Positions 36,005 through 44,646 are shown, numbered from the stretch's first letter. The stretch: 49,641 nt of DNA from an uncultured Methanosarcinales archaeon (GCA_964472345.1 CAYYLB010000001.1:1-49641); one strand, 5' to 3'. The notes: a model not told the origin generated them from the sequence alone. Numbers and translations are program-made.

Positions 36005-39000
36005 ATGGCGGTTACAGAAGCTGACATCAGTGATCTGGGTATCACTATCCCCGAGGCAAAAGTCATTAATTGGGATTCATCATATGGGACGTCACTCGCA
36101 GACCTCCTGCGCTTTTTTCATGCAGCCGGAGATATGCATGGTGTCAGCAAGATCCGGGAAACCCTGCGCAACCTCAGCAGGCTGGGATATACATATCTTG
36201 AGGGTATCAAACTCGAAGCGGTCGGATTCGATAAATGTGTCAAAACTGGCGTACAATCCAAGTTCAGCGGGAAAAAGCTCAAAAAGGAAGTCTGGCACTT
36301 CAAAGTGCGTGCGGATGGCGGTCGTGGTGAACGCTTTGGAACCGTCGGCGACCTCCATCTGAGCCGGAAGCATGCCGAGTACAGCATCGTCTTTGAGCGC
36401 CTTCCGGAGCCGGGGTTTCTTGATGAATTCAAGGCAATCCACGGGGAGCTCCACGAGAAACGGGCTGCATCACGGCGGCAGACGAACCTCGAGGAGCGTG
36501 TCGAGGAATCGTTCCATTTGACGGACGAGTTACGCTCCGCACTGCTGAGCCGAGGTGTCGATCCCGGTATGTTCATGCGCGCCGCTGACTTCCTGCAGTA
36601 CGGTCCCGACCTTCTCGCTGGCAGGATGAAAGAGGTTGTCTATGATCTTGACCCAACAAATCATGGGAAAGACATCACCCAAATGCTCGCAAAGATCGGC
36701 TCGATCCGCATCGAATACCCTGACGTGGCGAGGGCCTTGCTCCTGATGACGAGCCGGTTTGGCCGTGCAACGCAGGATGATGTGCGCCTCGTCCGCGCAT
36801 GGGCGTACCAGTTCCTTCCGGTTTCGTCCTCGCTGATGGGGGCGATCCGTAAGGACGTCGAATTGCTCCGCAGCAAGACGGTAAAACTGGCAGATGGACA
36901 TCCGTACACTATCGATCCTTTGCAGGACAGGACATTCAGGCCCGTAAGGATTTTCAAGCGGGCGAAGGTCGTTGAAAAGAGTGTGCTCGAGACGCTCGAG
37001 GAGAGGACGACGCCGTACGTGACCGTCGCGGAGGCCGTCGGCATTGAGCATCATGCATTTCCCGGCCTTATTGCGTTTCGTGAGGCTTACAACCGTGAGC
37101 AGCTTTATGCATATTTTGGTGTCACCGATCCTCGTAACCTCAGTGAATGGCGCACCGCCTTTGCCAAGATTGAGGCTGCGGGGAAAGCAGACGGACGGTG
37201 GAGGGGCCACGATCCTGATGGTGAGCGTCTTTTCACCCAACAGCAGCGTGAAACGATCGATCTCTTTATGAGGATAGCAAACACAAAAGGAAGGGGAAGC
37301 CGCATCACGAGGCTGGCGCGCCGCCTCTCCATGTCGGATGGCCCGGACCTTTTCCGCAGGGTTGCCATTCTCGAGCGCAAGCTGCGGCTGCGCGAGCAGG
37401 AGCAGGATCCCCGGAAGCAGACGGGAATCATGCGGGGAAATTATATCCTTGCGAGAGAGTACCTTGAAAAGACAGGTGTTGATGCACGCCGCATCGTCGA
37501 CATCATCACTAGGAGCCACATCGCGGCGCTTGCCGAGCACCGCACGGAGTACGAACGCGATCTCCTGCGTGATGTGGGTCTCGCTCCGGCGCACTGGGAG
37601 AACATCTTGACCATCGACATCCCCATCATTCGCCAGGAGGCTTGTGTCGGTCTTGTCAGTGCGAGATATACGAAAACTCCCAAGGCGCCTGCGGAAAACC
37701 GTGCCTCACTGCTTGAACGGTTGAAGACGTTCACGGGCAACTATGATACCATTGACACCACGGCTGAAGCCGAGCTGCGCGCCATCGCCGCTGTGCAGAA
37801 GTTCGAGCTCGACACTGCTGGCGTAAAGGCAGACGAGGGCAAGTTGAAGCCTGCTCCTGCATTTTCCCTTGGCCATTTTGTTGATGATGCAGGGAAGATC
37901 ATTGTTGGGTACCTTAGCAAGGCGCAACGAAGGACCATTAGCGGGGTTTTCCGGCTGGTCTCATCAGACCCTATCCGGAGCGCGCTCGCTGGAGCAACGG
38001 ACCCCGCCTCGGCATCGGGCTTGAAGGAAAAAATCCTTGCTGCTGAAAAGGACTTCAGGTACATCAAAAATGGCGGCGCGGGGATGGAAAACCCTTACTG
38101 GTTATTCCCCCAAGTTGTGAGGCTCGTTGATCCGAATAAACTAAAAGCGAAAGCTGGCGGGGTAAGTGTCCTGAATGTTGCTGCGCTGAAATACGCTGAC
38201 GCACAGTCAAGAAACTACCAGCCGCCACCTGAGAGCTCCCTGAACCAACTGGGGTTTATGACAGCAGACAGGAGGTACCTGACCTACCTTGTGCATGAAA
38301 AAGTCATCGCCGATGCGTCTAATCTCCTCGGCCTCTTCACGCCAACGGCGGACACGGACCGATGGCGCGTCCACGCCGATCTCGTTGGTGCCGTCAACAT
38401 CGCCTTTCAGAAACTAAACGAACGCTTGACTGAAGCGCAGACGAAATGTGAGTCGCTCGCTAAGGCAGGTTACTCCATTGATGATCTCAAGCAACGAGTT
38501 CAGCGCGCTGCGTCGCAGGCGTACCTTAGGGATGGCCGGGCGGTTATGCTTGAGCTGCCGCAACTTCTCGGGCTTGATAGATACCCATCAAGAGCCGTTG
38601 AGGGTCTGGACAACCCCACAATAGCCCACCTCAAGGAGGACATTGTTGCGCTCGATGGTGTGCTGCGGGCGTTTGAAGCGCTGCCGGTGTTTGATTTTGG
38701 GATGATGGTTGATGAAACGGCTGTTAGATTGGTCATAGGATCAAATGAAAAAGTGATGTGGGGTGTCTATAGCACTGGTAAAAATCCAACAATGGAGCAG
38801 GTTGCTGCGCTCTCCCAGAAGGGAGCGAATCTTGGTCAGCACCATCGCTATCACTTTCAGGGTAGGGAATGGAGAAAGCAATGCACTGTTGATGAACTCT
38901 GCCGGGATGCGCTCTTTTTTTACAACTTAAATAACGATAAGGGCTACCACTTCAGGCTTCAGATCCTGCAAGGAAAGCAGCCATCCCCTCAAACGCCTTC

Positions 39001-39013
39001 GCCCGGTGGCTGA
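36005..39013 (+). CDS. large orphan protein, 1002 aa, function unknown
   Basis: Uninterrupted ORF with host-like composition and its own TATA box at leaderless spacing. No Walker A and no Cys clusters. See the findings for a tentative RNase H/RuvC-like motif set. Confidence 0.85.
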   Translation: MAVTEADISDLGITIPEAKVINWDSSYGTSLADLLRFFHAAGDMHGVSKIRETLRNLSRLGYTYLEGIKLEAVGFDKCVKTGVQSKFSGKKLKKEVWHFKVRADGGRGERFGTVGDLHLSRKHAEYSIVFERLPEPGFLDEFKAIHGELHEKRAASRRQTNLEERVEESFHLTDELRSALLSRGVDPGMFMRAADFLQYGPDLLAGRMKEVVYDLDPTNHGKDITQMLAKIGSIRIEYPDVARALLLMTSRFGRATQDDVRLVRAWAYQFLPVSSSLMGAIRKDVELLRSKTVKLADGHPYTIDPLQDRTFRPVRIFKRAKVVEKSVLETLEERTTPYVTVAEAVGIEHHAFPGLIAFREAYNREQLYAYFGVTDPRNLSEWRTAFAKIEAAGKADGRWRGHDPDGERLFTQQQRETIDLFMRIANTKGRGSRITRLARRLSMSDGPDLFRRVAILERKLRLREQEQDPRKQTGIMRGNYILAREYLEKTGVDARRIVDIITRSHIAALAEHRTEYERDLLRDVGLAPAHWENILTIDIPIIRQEACVGLVSARYTKTPKAPAENRASLLERLKTFTGNYDTIDTTAEAELRAIAAVQKFELDTAGVKADEGKLKPAPAFSLGHFVDDAGKIIVGYLSKAQRRTISGVFRLVSSDPIRSALAGATDPASASGLKEKILAAEKDFRYIKNGGAGMENPYWLFPQVVRLVDPNKLKAKAGGVSVLNVAALKYADAQSRNYQPPPESSLNQLGFMTADRRYLTYLVHEKVIADASNLLGLFTPTADTDRWRVHADLVGAVNIAFQKLNERLTEAQTKCESLAKAGYSIDDLKQRVQRAASQAYLRDGRAVMLELPQLLGLDRYPSRAVEGLDNPTIAHLKEDIVALDGVLRAFEALPVFDFGMMVDETAVRLVIGSNEKVMWGVYSTGKNPTMEQVAALSQKGANLGQHHRYHFQGREWRKQCTVDELCRDALFFYNLNNDKGYHFRLQILQGKQPSPQTPSPGG

Positions 39014-39515
39014 TGGTGTTCTTCTCCTCCCGCGCCAGCGACGAGATCGGCTTGTCCATGCCTTTCACGGCCATGATCCGCTCATAGGGCATGACATCTT
39101 TATCTGCATCAAACACCTGCTCCGTGAGCGTGCAGTCCAGCCGCCCTTCGAACAGTTGCGGCTCAGCGCCCGGCTCGCAGTACGCCACACAGCAGAGGAA
39201 AAACGCATCACGCGGCTTGCCTTCCAGCAGCTTCAGCAGCCCTTCATACCCGAGGCAGCCGAACATCAGCCGCGGGTGCGCTCCGGGAAAGTTCCTGTGG
39301 GCGGCGAAGAAGATGCCGGTGTCATCAACCATCACAGGCTTCTGGTGTTCTTCTGCAAGCCGCTTGGCCTCGCGCTTCGCGACCTCCTGGATGGTCGCTT
39401 CCTTGTCCTCCTGCTTTGGGGCATCAAGCTGCACGACGGTGATGCCGTATCTGCCGAGGACCGCGCGCGCTTCCGAGAGCTTGTGCTTGTTTTGGGTGGC
39501 GAAGAGGAGGTTCAT
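38952..39515 (-). CDS. rdgB: non-canonical purine NTP pyrophosphatase (HAM1/RdgB/ITPase family)
   Basis: LLFATQNKHKLSEA, VMVDDTGIFF, EKNTISHRAKAF motifs. 187 aa. Confidence 0.9.
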   Translation of the reverse strand: MNLLFATQNKHKLSEARAVLGRYGITVVQLDAPKQEDKEATIQEVAKREAKRLAEEHQKPVMVDDTGIFFAAHRNFPGAHPRLMFGCLGYEGLLKLLEGKPRDAFFLCCVAYCEPGAEPQLFEGRLDCTLTEQVFDADKDVMPYERIMAVKGMDKPISSLAREEKNTISHRAKAFEGMAAFLAGSEA

Positions 39516-39928
39516 GTTCCTTTCCGGATCAACCGGAGCATGTCAATATTTGTAAAAACAATGACACTCTGTTGGTCAAGAAAGTGTGGATCGTGCGTCC
39601 AAATGCCCGCAGCGCCGCTTGCCTTGGCTGCAGCAAGGTACGGAACATCATTCAAGTCCCCGAGTTCTTTTTCACATTCTTTGATGAATGAGGCATAATC
39701 TTCAATCGCAAGAATAGTGATTCGTTCAAAAAGAAGAGAGAGCAATACCCCAAACATATCGTCAGTGAGTGATGCTTTCCGGAGAATGTCCAGCCGGTAT
39801 TTTTCGATTTCGCTTCTGATGAAATCTGGCGCAACAAATGCAAACGTCCTGCTGAAGATCAGCTCACGCGTCGTGCTGTCTTTGAGCAGCGCAGCGATGA
39901 CACGATTGCTGTCGATAACAACCTTCAT
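39512..39928 (-). CDS. vapC: PIN-domain protein (VapC-like)
   Basis: VVIDSNRVIAAL, SEIEKY, LNDVPYLAAA, WTHDPHF give the four acidic PIN positions. Its stop overlaps the rdgB start. Confidence 0.85.
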   Translation of the reverse strand: MKVVIDSNRVIAALLKDSTTRELIFSRTFAFVAPDFIRSEIEKYRLDILRKASLTDDMFGVLLSLLFERITILAIEDYASFIKECEKELGDLNDVPYLAAAKASGAAGIWTHDPHFLDQQSVIVFTNIDMLRLIRKGT

Positions 39929-40158
39929 AGGGGGAGTCCATGCCGCCGCGCGATGCCCTTGTTAATTTTTCTGCCGATTTCGAGTGCATCCGCTTCCGTC
40001 AGCCTGCTTTTCGAGAGGAGCCGATCCATGAGATCAAGTTTTTTTGCATGCTCCCACATTGCTTGTCGTGCGATTTCACTCCACCGGATCTCGCGATGCT
40101 TTCTCATTACCGTATGGAGCTCCTCCGGGACCGCAAAGGTTACATTGGTCATGTGCAT
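39925..40158 (-). CDS. putative antitoxin partner of the PIN protein
   Basis: 77 aa. Stop overlaps the PIN start (4 nt). TFAVPEELHTVMRKH is an RHH-like beta-strand start. The track start at 40161 is GTG, so ATG 40158 is preferred. Confidence 0.6.
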   Translation of the reverse strand: MHMTNVTFAVPEELHTVMRKHREIRWSEIARQAMWEHAKKLDLMDRLLSKSRLTEADALEIGRKINKGIARRHGLPL

Positions 40159-40234
40159 CACCTTAAGTAGAAGAAGTAGGTTTACTTATTTAAACGTTTT
40201 GGTGGGTAACACGCAGGCCCAGGCCTCTCCTAGT

Positions 40235-41023
40235 TCACCCTCCCTTCACCGCACACCCGCCGCCCGGCACGAACGCCATCACCTCATCGACGCTTCCCGC
40301 CCCGAGCATCTTCTGGATCTTCTTTGCGGCGTCGCTTGTCTTGTGCGGGCCGGGAACGAGCAGCGCCAGCTTCTCCGACTGCTTCTTGATGGCCTCGACA
40401 GGGCCGCCGACCACCCGGCCTTCCTGCGTGACGCCCACCGCCAGCTCAAGGATCGGATGGAAATACCGCTTCTCGCCGTAGATCATGAATGCGCCTTTGC
40501 CCATGTACTCGCCTGCCTTCGCCGTCTTGCTCGCCTGCTCAGGCTTCACCGCAAAGACGTCGAGCGTCGTCACGCCGAGCTTCCATGCCTTGCTGTACGC
40601 AGCCGTCGCCTGCGCGGCCTCCTGCAGCGTCGCAGCGCCTGCCTCCTGCCCTTTCTTCACGACAAAAAACGGGCTCCCGGGGATGTCGGCGTGGAAGACA
40701 AGGTCCGCCGCTTCGGCGTGCTTTTTGATGGCAATCTCGTTGCTCGTCGCGTCCCTCCCGCCGATGCAGAGGAAGCCTTCGGAAGAGGTAAACCAGTGGA
40801 ACTTCTCGTACCACTCCTTTTTTCCCGGTGCGGCGCGCGGCTGCTCCTTCTCAAGCTCGCTGAGCTGCTTATCCTTTTCTTTCAGCAGCGCCGCAAGCTT
40901 CCGCTGCGCTTCCGCGATGGCCTTTTCAGCACCTGCAAGCTTCTGCCGCGCTTTCTTCGCCTTCTCATAATACACCGCAGCGTTCTGCTCAACCGTCTTG
41001 TTCAGAAATATCTCCGTGCGCAT
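40235..41023 (-). CDS. NFACT-R (DUF814) domain protein; short RqcH/NEMF-like protein lacking NFACT-N
   Basis: Coiled-coil N-terminus, then WYEKFHWFTSSEGFLCIGGRDATSNEIAIKKHAEAADLVFHADIPGSPFFVVK, the NFACT-R hallmark. Only 262 aa. Confidence 0.8.
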   Translation of the reverse strand: MRTEIFLNKTVEQNAAVYYEKAKKARQKLAGAEKAIAEAQRKLAALLKEKDKQLSELEKEQPRAAPGKKEWYEKFHWFTSSEGFLCIGGRDATSNEIAIKKHAEAADLVFHADIPGSPFFVVKKGQEAGAATLQEAAQATAAYSKAWKLGVTTLDVFAVKPEQASKTAKAGEYMGKGAFMIYGEKRYFHPILELAVGVTQEGRVVGGPVEAIKKQSEKLALLVPGPHKTSDAAKKIQKMLGAGSVDEVMAFVPGGGCAVKGG

Positions 41024-41491
41024 TTAGCTCTCACAGTCGCGGACGCTCTCGATGGTCAGCGCCTGCTCGGGGCAGCTGATGACCTCGTCGTACAGCGAGA
41101 CCTGCGGCGTCAGCCGCACCTGCCGGATCTGGCCATACTGCGCGAACGGATAGGGCACGTACATGAGCAGCGTCCCTTCCTTGTCAATGCGCGAGCTCTC
41201 GAGGTCCTGGGCAAGGATCGCCTTCTCGCCGATCACGCGGAGGCGCAGGCTTTCGACGGGGAGGTGCTTCCCGTTCTCAACGATGAAGAAGAGCTGGTCG
41301 GTAACGCGGTCGAGGCAGAGCTGCTGCCTGCCGCCCAGGGCGACCGCTTTCAGGCCGATATCGACGGAGCACTGCGCCGCAACTTCGATCTGCGCGCGAC
41401 CGAAGTTCATCACCACGACGCCGAGGCCGATGGCGAGGACGATGAGCAGCGCCGTTGCGAGAAGCGGCGCGATGCCCCTCTTTCCGTTCAT
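41024..41491 (-). CDS. archaeal type IV pilin-like protein (class III signal peptide)
   Basis: MNGKRGIAPLLATALLIVLAIGLGVVVM is a charged-then-hydrophobic prepilin N-terminus (DUF1628-like). TTTATAAATG box about 25 nt upstream. Confidence 0.7.
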   Translation of the reverse strand: MNGKRGIAPLLATALLIVLAIGLGVVVMNFGRAQIEVAAQCSVDIGLKAVALGGRQQLCLDRVTDQLFFIVENGKHLPVESLRLRVIGEKAILAQDLESSRIDKEGTLLMYVPYPFAQYGQIRQVRLTPQVSLYDEVISCPEQALTIESVRDCES

Positions 41492-41660
41492 ACGGGCGGC
41501 AAGTGTTTTGACATTTATAAACGCTTCGATTCCCGCGGCGGCATTTCAAAATCCGGCTGATGCAGTGTCCTTTTCCGCGCCCCCTTTTGCGCGCAGCGCC
41601 GACCATTGAACGGGGTGATGCCCTACTGCTTCCGCAACGCTTAAAAACAAGTGCTCCTTG

Positions 41661-42086
41661 ATGGCAGTTATGGTCGCACTTTACGTCGAGTGGGCGCCGG
41701 TCGCGCTGCGCATCGCATTAGGATTCGTGTTTCTTGCGCATGGCTACCCCAAGCTGTTCAAGGATTTCAAGGGAACGGCAGGCTTTCTTGCCGGCATTGG
41801 GTTCAGGCCCGGGGCATTGTGGGCGCTGGTGCTCGGCTCTGCCGAGTTTTTCGGCGGACTTGCGCTGCTTCTCGGCTTCGCGTCGCGCATCGCCGCCGGG
41901 TTGCTGATCATCAGCATGACGGTTGCGACGCTCCTCAAGATCTTCGTCTGGAAGGTTCCGTTCACGAAAGGGAGCGAGGCGGGGTGGGAATTTGACGCGT
42001 CGCTTCTTGCCGGGCTGATCGCGGTGTTCCTGCTCGGCTCAGGGACGCTCTCGCTCGATCAGCTCATCGGGTGGATGGTTGGATAA
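41661..42086 (+). CDS. DoxX-family membrane protein
   Basis: ALRIALGFVFLAHGYPKLF...GSAEFFGGLALLLGF is the DoxX pattern. The track start at 41658 is TTG, so ATG 41661 is preferred. Confidence 0.85.
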   Translation: MAVMVALYVEWAPVALRIALGFVFLAHGYPKLFKDFKGTAGFLAGIGFRPGALWALVLGSAEFFGGLALLLGFASRIAAGLLIISMTVATLLKIFVWKVPFTKGSEAGWEFDASLLAGLIAVFLLGSGTLSLDQLIGWMVG

Positions 42087-42194
42087 CAATAGGTTGGGCG
42101 AAATCTTTTTCCGCTCTTGATGAACTTTAAAACGTACAACTCTAAAAATAATTTTTTAACAAAATCTTGAAATGAGCAAAACCATAATTAGTTC

Positions 42195-43052
42195 TTATCC
42201 CCAATCAATTTTTTCTTTCTTCTTCTCAGTCAAATGCAAATAATTTTCAGGTGTAACAACAGACTTACCTGTCTTTTGTTCAAGCTCTTTTCGTGTATTT
42301 TTAGCAATATCCCCACCTTCTTTAGCGGTTTGTCTGAATTGTGGAAACTCCTTTGCATCTTTCGCAACAGTAATATCGGTTGTCGCTTTCTCACCAACCA
42401 TAGTCAAAATTAACTCCCAATCAGTCATGTGATCCCTGAGATTCTGGTTCTGCTTTCGTAACCCTTTGAATTGCTTGTATTCTCCAATAGTCTTCCCAAA
42501 TGTGGCTTTGGAAATCTCATTAGTCAGGATGGCAAAATCTTTCTCTTCCTGAACGCCTCTGGATTTCCATTCATCGGTTAAATCCTGCCTGATGGCAATG
42601 CCCCTTAACCTTTTGTCTATCCAGCCTTTTGGATAGCCTTTGAGTTCGTAGTATTCTTTCACTCTATCTTGAGCAAGTTCTGGATTTTCTATTTCTTCAA
42701 TACGTTCCTTGCCCACTTGTGCTAGCCACATCTTAAACGGCTCTGCTTTCTTGGACGGGATTGATTGGATAAGCCTAAAAGCATTTTTGGTATTAACACA
42801 GTCAGTATATCTTAATTTACCATCTTCTGCTGGAATTTTCAACTGTACCCAAATTGGGGACAGTTCAAGAGCAATAAACTCTCTGTCTTTAACTTTACCC
42901 CAATACTGCCTGGGGGTAGGGCTGTCTGTTAAAATTTCAACGATATCTACAACAGAATAAAACCATTCATTATTATACAAGAGTCTTCTAATCTTTCGAT
43001 CTTGAAATACTATCAGCCTTTTTTGAGCCTCTTTTTCTACCATCTTTAACAT
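42195..43052 (-). CDS. Bro-N domain protein, DinD-like (phage/plasmid-associated family)
   Basis: FQDRKIRRLLYNNEWFYSVVDIVEILTDS is the Bro-N core. The gene is markedly AT-richer than its neighbours. Confidence 0.75.
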   Translation of the reverse strand: MLKMVEKEAQKRLIVFQDRKIRRLLYNNEWFYSVVDIVEILTDSPTPRQYWGKVKDREFIALELSPIWVQLKIPAEDGKLRYTDCVNTKNAFRLIQSIPSKKAEPFKMWLAQVGKERIEEIENPELAQDRVKEYYELKGYPKGWIDKRLRGIAIRQDLTDEWKSRGVQEEKDFAILTNEISKATFGKTIGEYKQFKGLRKQNQNLRDHMTDWELILTMVGEKATTDITVAKDAKEFPQFRQTAKEGGDIAKNTRKELEQKTGKSVVTPENYLHLTEKKKEKIDWG

Positions 43053-43214
43053 TGAATCATCATTGCTTTAAATACTTTCTTACGGACATTTTGCTCCCTG
43101 ATTCTCCTGAATTTTCTTCTGCTTTCCCGTTATCTTATGCCACTGGCTTTTTCCCGGCTCAAGGAAAGGGCACTGCGGCCCATCTGCGGCTCACGGCAAA
43201 GAAGGCGCTGCCGC

Positions 43215-43769
43215 CTACGCCCTGCTCACGAAATGGTTCCCCTTCACGTAAAACCGCCACGGCAGCTCATTTCCTTCTTTGATCCCGATGCGCGGCGTCA
43301 CGGCGATGTCCTGTGTTCTTATCGTCCTATGCCGGTAGATGCCCATGGGCTTCCCCACCGGCGTGCCGTTCAGCCGCTTGCCAACGCCCAGCGCCTCGCA
43401 GAGCTTCCCCGGGCCTGAGCAGAGGTTTCTGACATCAGCCGTCCTGCGGCGTCTCTTCATGAGCTCAACGCCTTCCAGCGGCTCGAGCGCCCGGATCAGC
43501 ACGGCGCCCGGCTCGCCGATGCCGTTCGTCGTGATGTTCATGCAGTGGTGCATGCCGTAGACGAAGTAGATGTACCAGTGTCCGGAGGTGTCCCGCATGA
43601 TCGCGCTGCGCGGCGTTATCCTGTACGCGTGGCTTGCCGGATCGGCCCGGTAGGCTTCAGTCTCGACGACCATCCCCGAGCAGCCTTTGTAGCGGATGAC
43701 GCTGCCAAGCAATTGCCGGGCGACGGTGACGGCGTCGTGGGTGAAGAATGATTTAGGGATTGGCCTCAT
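43215..43769 (-). CDS. mpg: DNA-3-methyladenine glycosylase (Mpg/AAG family)
   Basis: VVETEAYRADPASHAY, YFVYGMHHCMNI, GEPGAVLIRALEP, LCSGPGKLCEALGV. Start at Met99 of the track ORF (MRPIPKSFF). Confidence 0.9.
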   Translation of the reverse strand: MRPIPKSFFTHDAVTVARQLLGSVIRYKGCSGMVVETEAYRADPASHAYRITPRSAIMRDTSGHWYIYFVYGMHHCMNITTNGIGEPGAVLIRALEPLEGVELMKRRRRTADVRNLCSGPGKLCEALGVGKRLNGTPVGKPMGIYRHRTIRTQDIAVTPRIGIKEGNELPWRFYVKGNHFVSRA

Positions 43770-44046
43770 TCGAATCACCAAAAAGTATTTCCTCGATCTC
43801 TTTAAGCATTTTGATATTAAGTTGGTAGGCATCGCCGTGCTTTGTCCTGCCATAGTGGAGCACAAGTCCTTCTTTGACGAGTTCATCAAGAATATCGGCC
43901 ACGAACCCGGCAAGATGCCGCGGGATTCCTGACTGCAGACGCTCAAATAAAAGATGCCCGTGTGCAAACGCTCCGTACGCATACAACTTTTTGAGGATAT
44001 TCCTCCTGATTCGGTTTTGTTCATCCGGCGATGCGCTGCTTCCCAT
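43753..44046 (-). CDS. hypothetical small protein, possible winged helix, 97 aa
   Basis: TTTTAAAT box 29 nt upstream of ATG 44046. LAGFVADILDELVKEGLVLHYGRTKHGDAYQL resembles a wHTH recognition helix plus wing. Overlaps the mpg start by 17 nt. Confidence 0.5.
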   Translation of the reverse strand: MGSSASPDEQNRIRRNILKKLYAYGAFAHGHLLFERLQSGIPRHLAGFVADILDELVKEGLVLHYGRTKHGDAYQLNIKMLKEIEEILFGDSNEANP

Positions 44047-44149
44047 AAGCAGGCGGAGCTCATCCACTATTTAAAAGTTAATAAAGATATATAGCCCATA
44101 GAGGCCAAAGATAGAAACACTTAAATACGCGAGCCGCCTTCTGCAGCAG

Positions 44150-44476
44150 ATGGAAACAACAACCGCATTTTTGGAGGTATTTGGCGACAGCCCCATCCAG
44201 CGGGCCCTCGATTTCCTCATCATCAATGAAGAGTTTGACTACAGCATGACCGACATCGCCGAACTTTCCGGTGTCGGCTATTCAACGCTAAAGCTTTTCT
44301 GGCCAAAGCTTGAAGCGGAAAAGATGGTGAAGAACACACGAACGGTCGGAAACGCCAAAATGTACAGGCTCAACGACGCCAATCCGGTTGTGAGAAAGCT
44401 CAAAGAACTGTATTGGGTGGTCACGAAGCGTGCAGTGCGTGAGAAGATAAGGGAAGAGCTGGTTTCTGCACAGTAA
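44150..44476 (+). CDS. winged-helix DNA-binding protein, 108 aa
   Basis: YSMTDIAELSGVGYSTLKLFWPKLEAEKMVKNTRTVGNAKMYRLN is HTH plus wing. CACTTAAATACG box about 27 nt upstream. Confidence 0.65.
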   Translation: METTTAFLEVFGDSPIQRALDFLIINEEFDYSMTDIAELSGVGYSTLKLFWPKLEAEKMVKNTRTVGNAKMYRLNDANPVVRKLKELYWVVTKRAVREKIREELVSAQ

Positions 44477-44521
44477 ACGGGGTTCATGTCATTTTTCTCA
44501 TGACCTCTCCGAAGGGGATAA

Positions 44522-44612
44522 TAGCGAATCTCGTTAATAACCAAACATTTGCGAGATTCGCTAGAATAGCAAATTGCAAGTAAAAAGTTTGTAAATTTTT
44601 GCAATTTGCTAT
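44522..44612. repeat. two adjacent perfect palindromes
   Basis: TAGCGAATCTCG (44522-44533) pairs with CGAGATTCGCTA (44552-44563). ATAGCAAATTGCAA (44566-44579) pairs with TTGCAATTTGCTAT (44599-44612). Further GCGAAT half-sites lie at 44614-44620 and 44641-44647. Confidence 0.7.
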
Positions 44613-44646
44613 AAGCGAATCTGCATTTGGAACAGTGCGAAGCGAA

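Noticed and set aside
36530-37594. 354-aa minus-strand ORF inside the 1002-aa gene.
   Set aside because: It has no start context. The plus-strand frame is open for 3 kb and has a proper promoter.
36005-39013. Calling the 1002-aa protein a Cas12/TnpB/Cas9-type RNA-guided nuclease on the basis of HADLVGAVNIA.
   Set aside because: There is no CRISPR array or repeat nearby and no zinc-finger or bridge-helix signature. The motif spacing is atypical. It is kept only as a hypothesis to test.
39953-41560. 535-aa plus-strand ORF spanning the antitoxin, NFACT-R and pilin loci.
   Set aside because: It is antisense to three genes with recognisable domains. Its product is Leu/Arg-rich and featureless.
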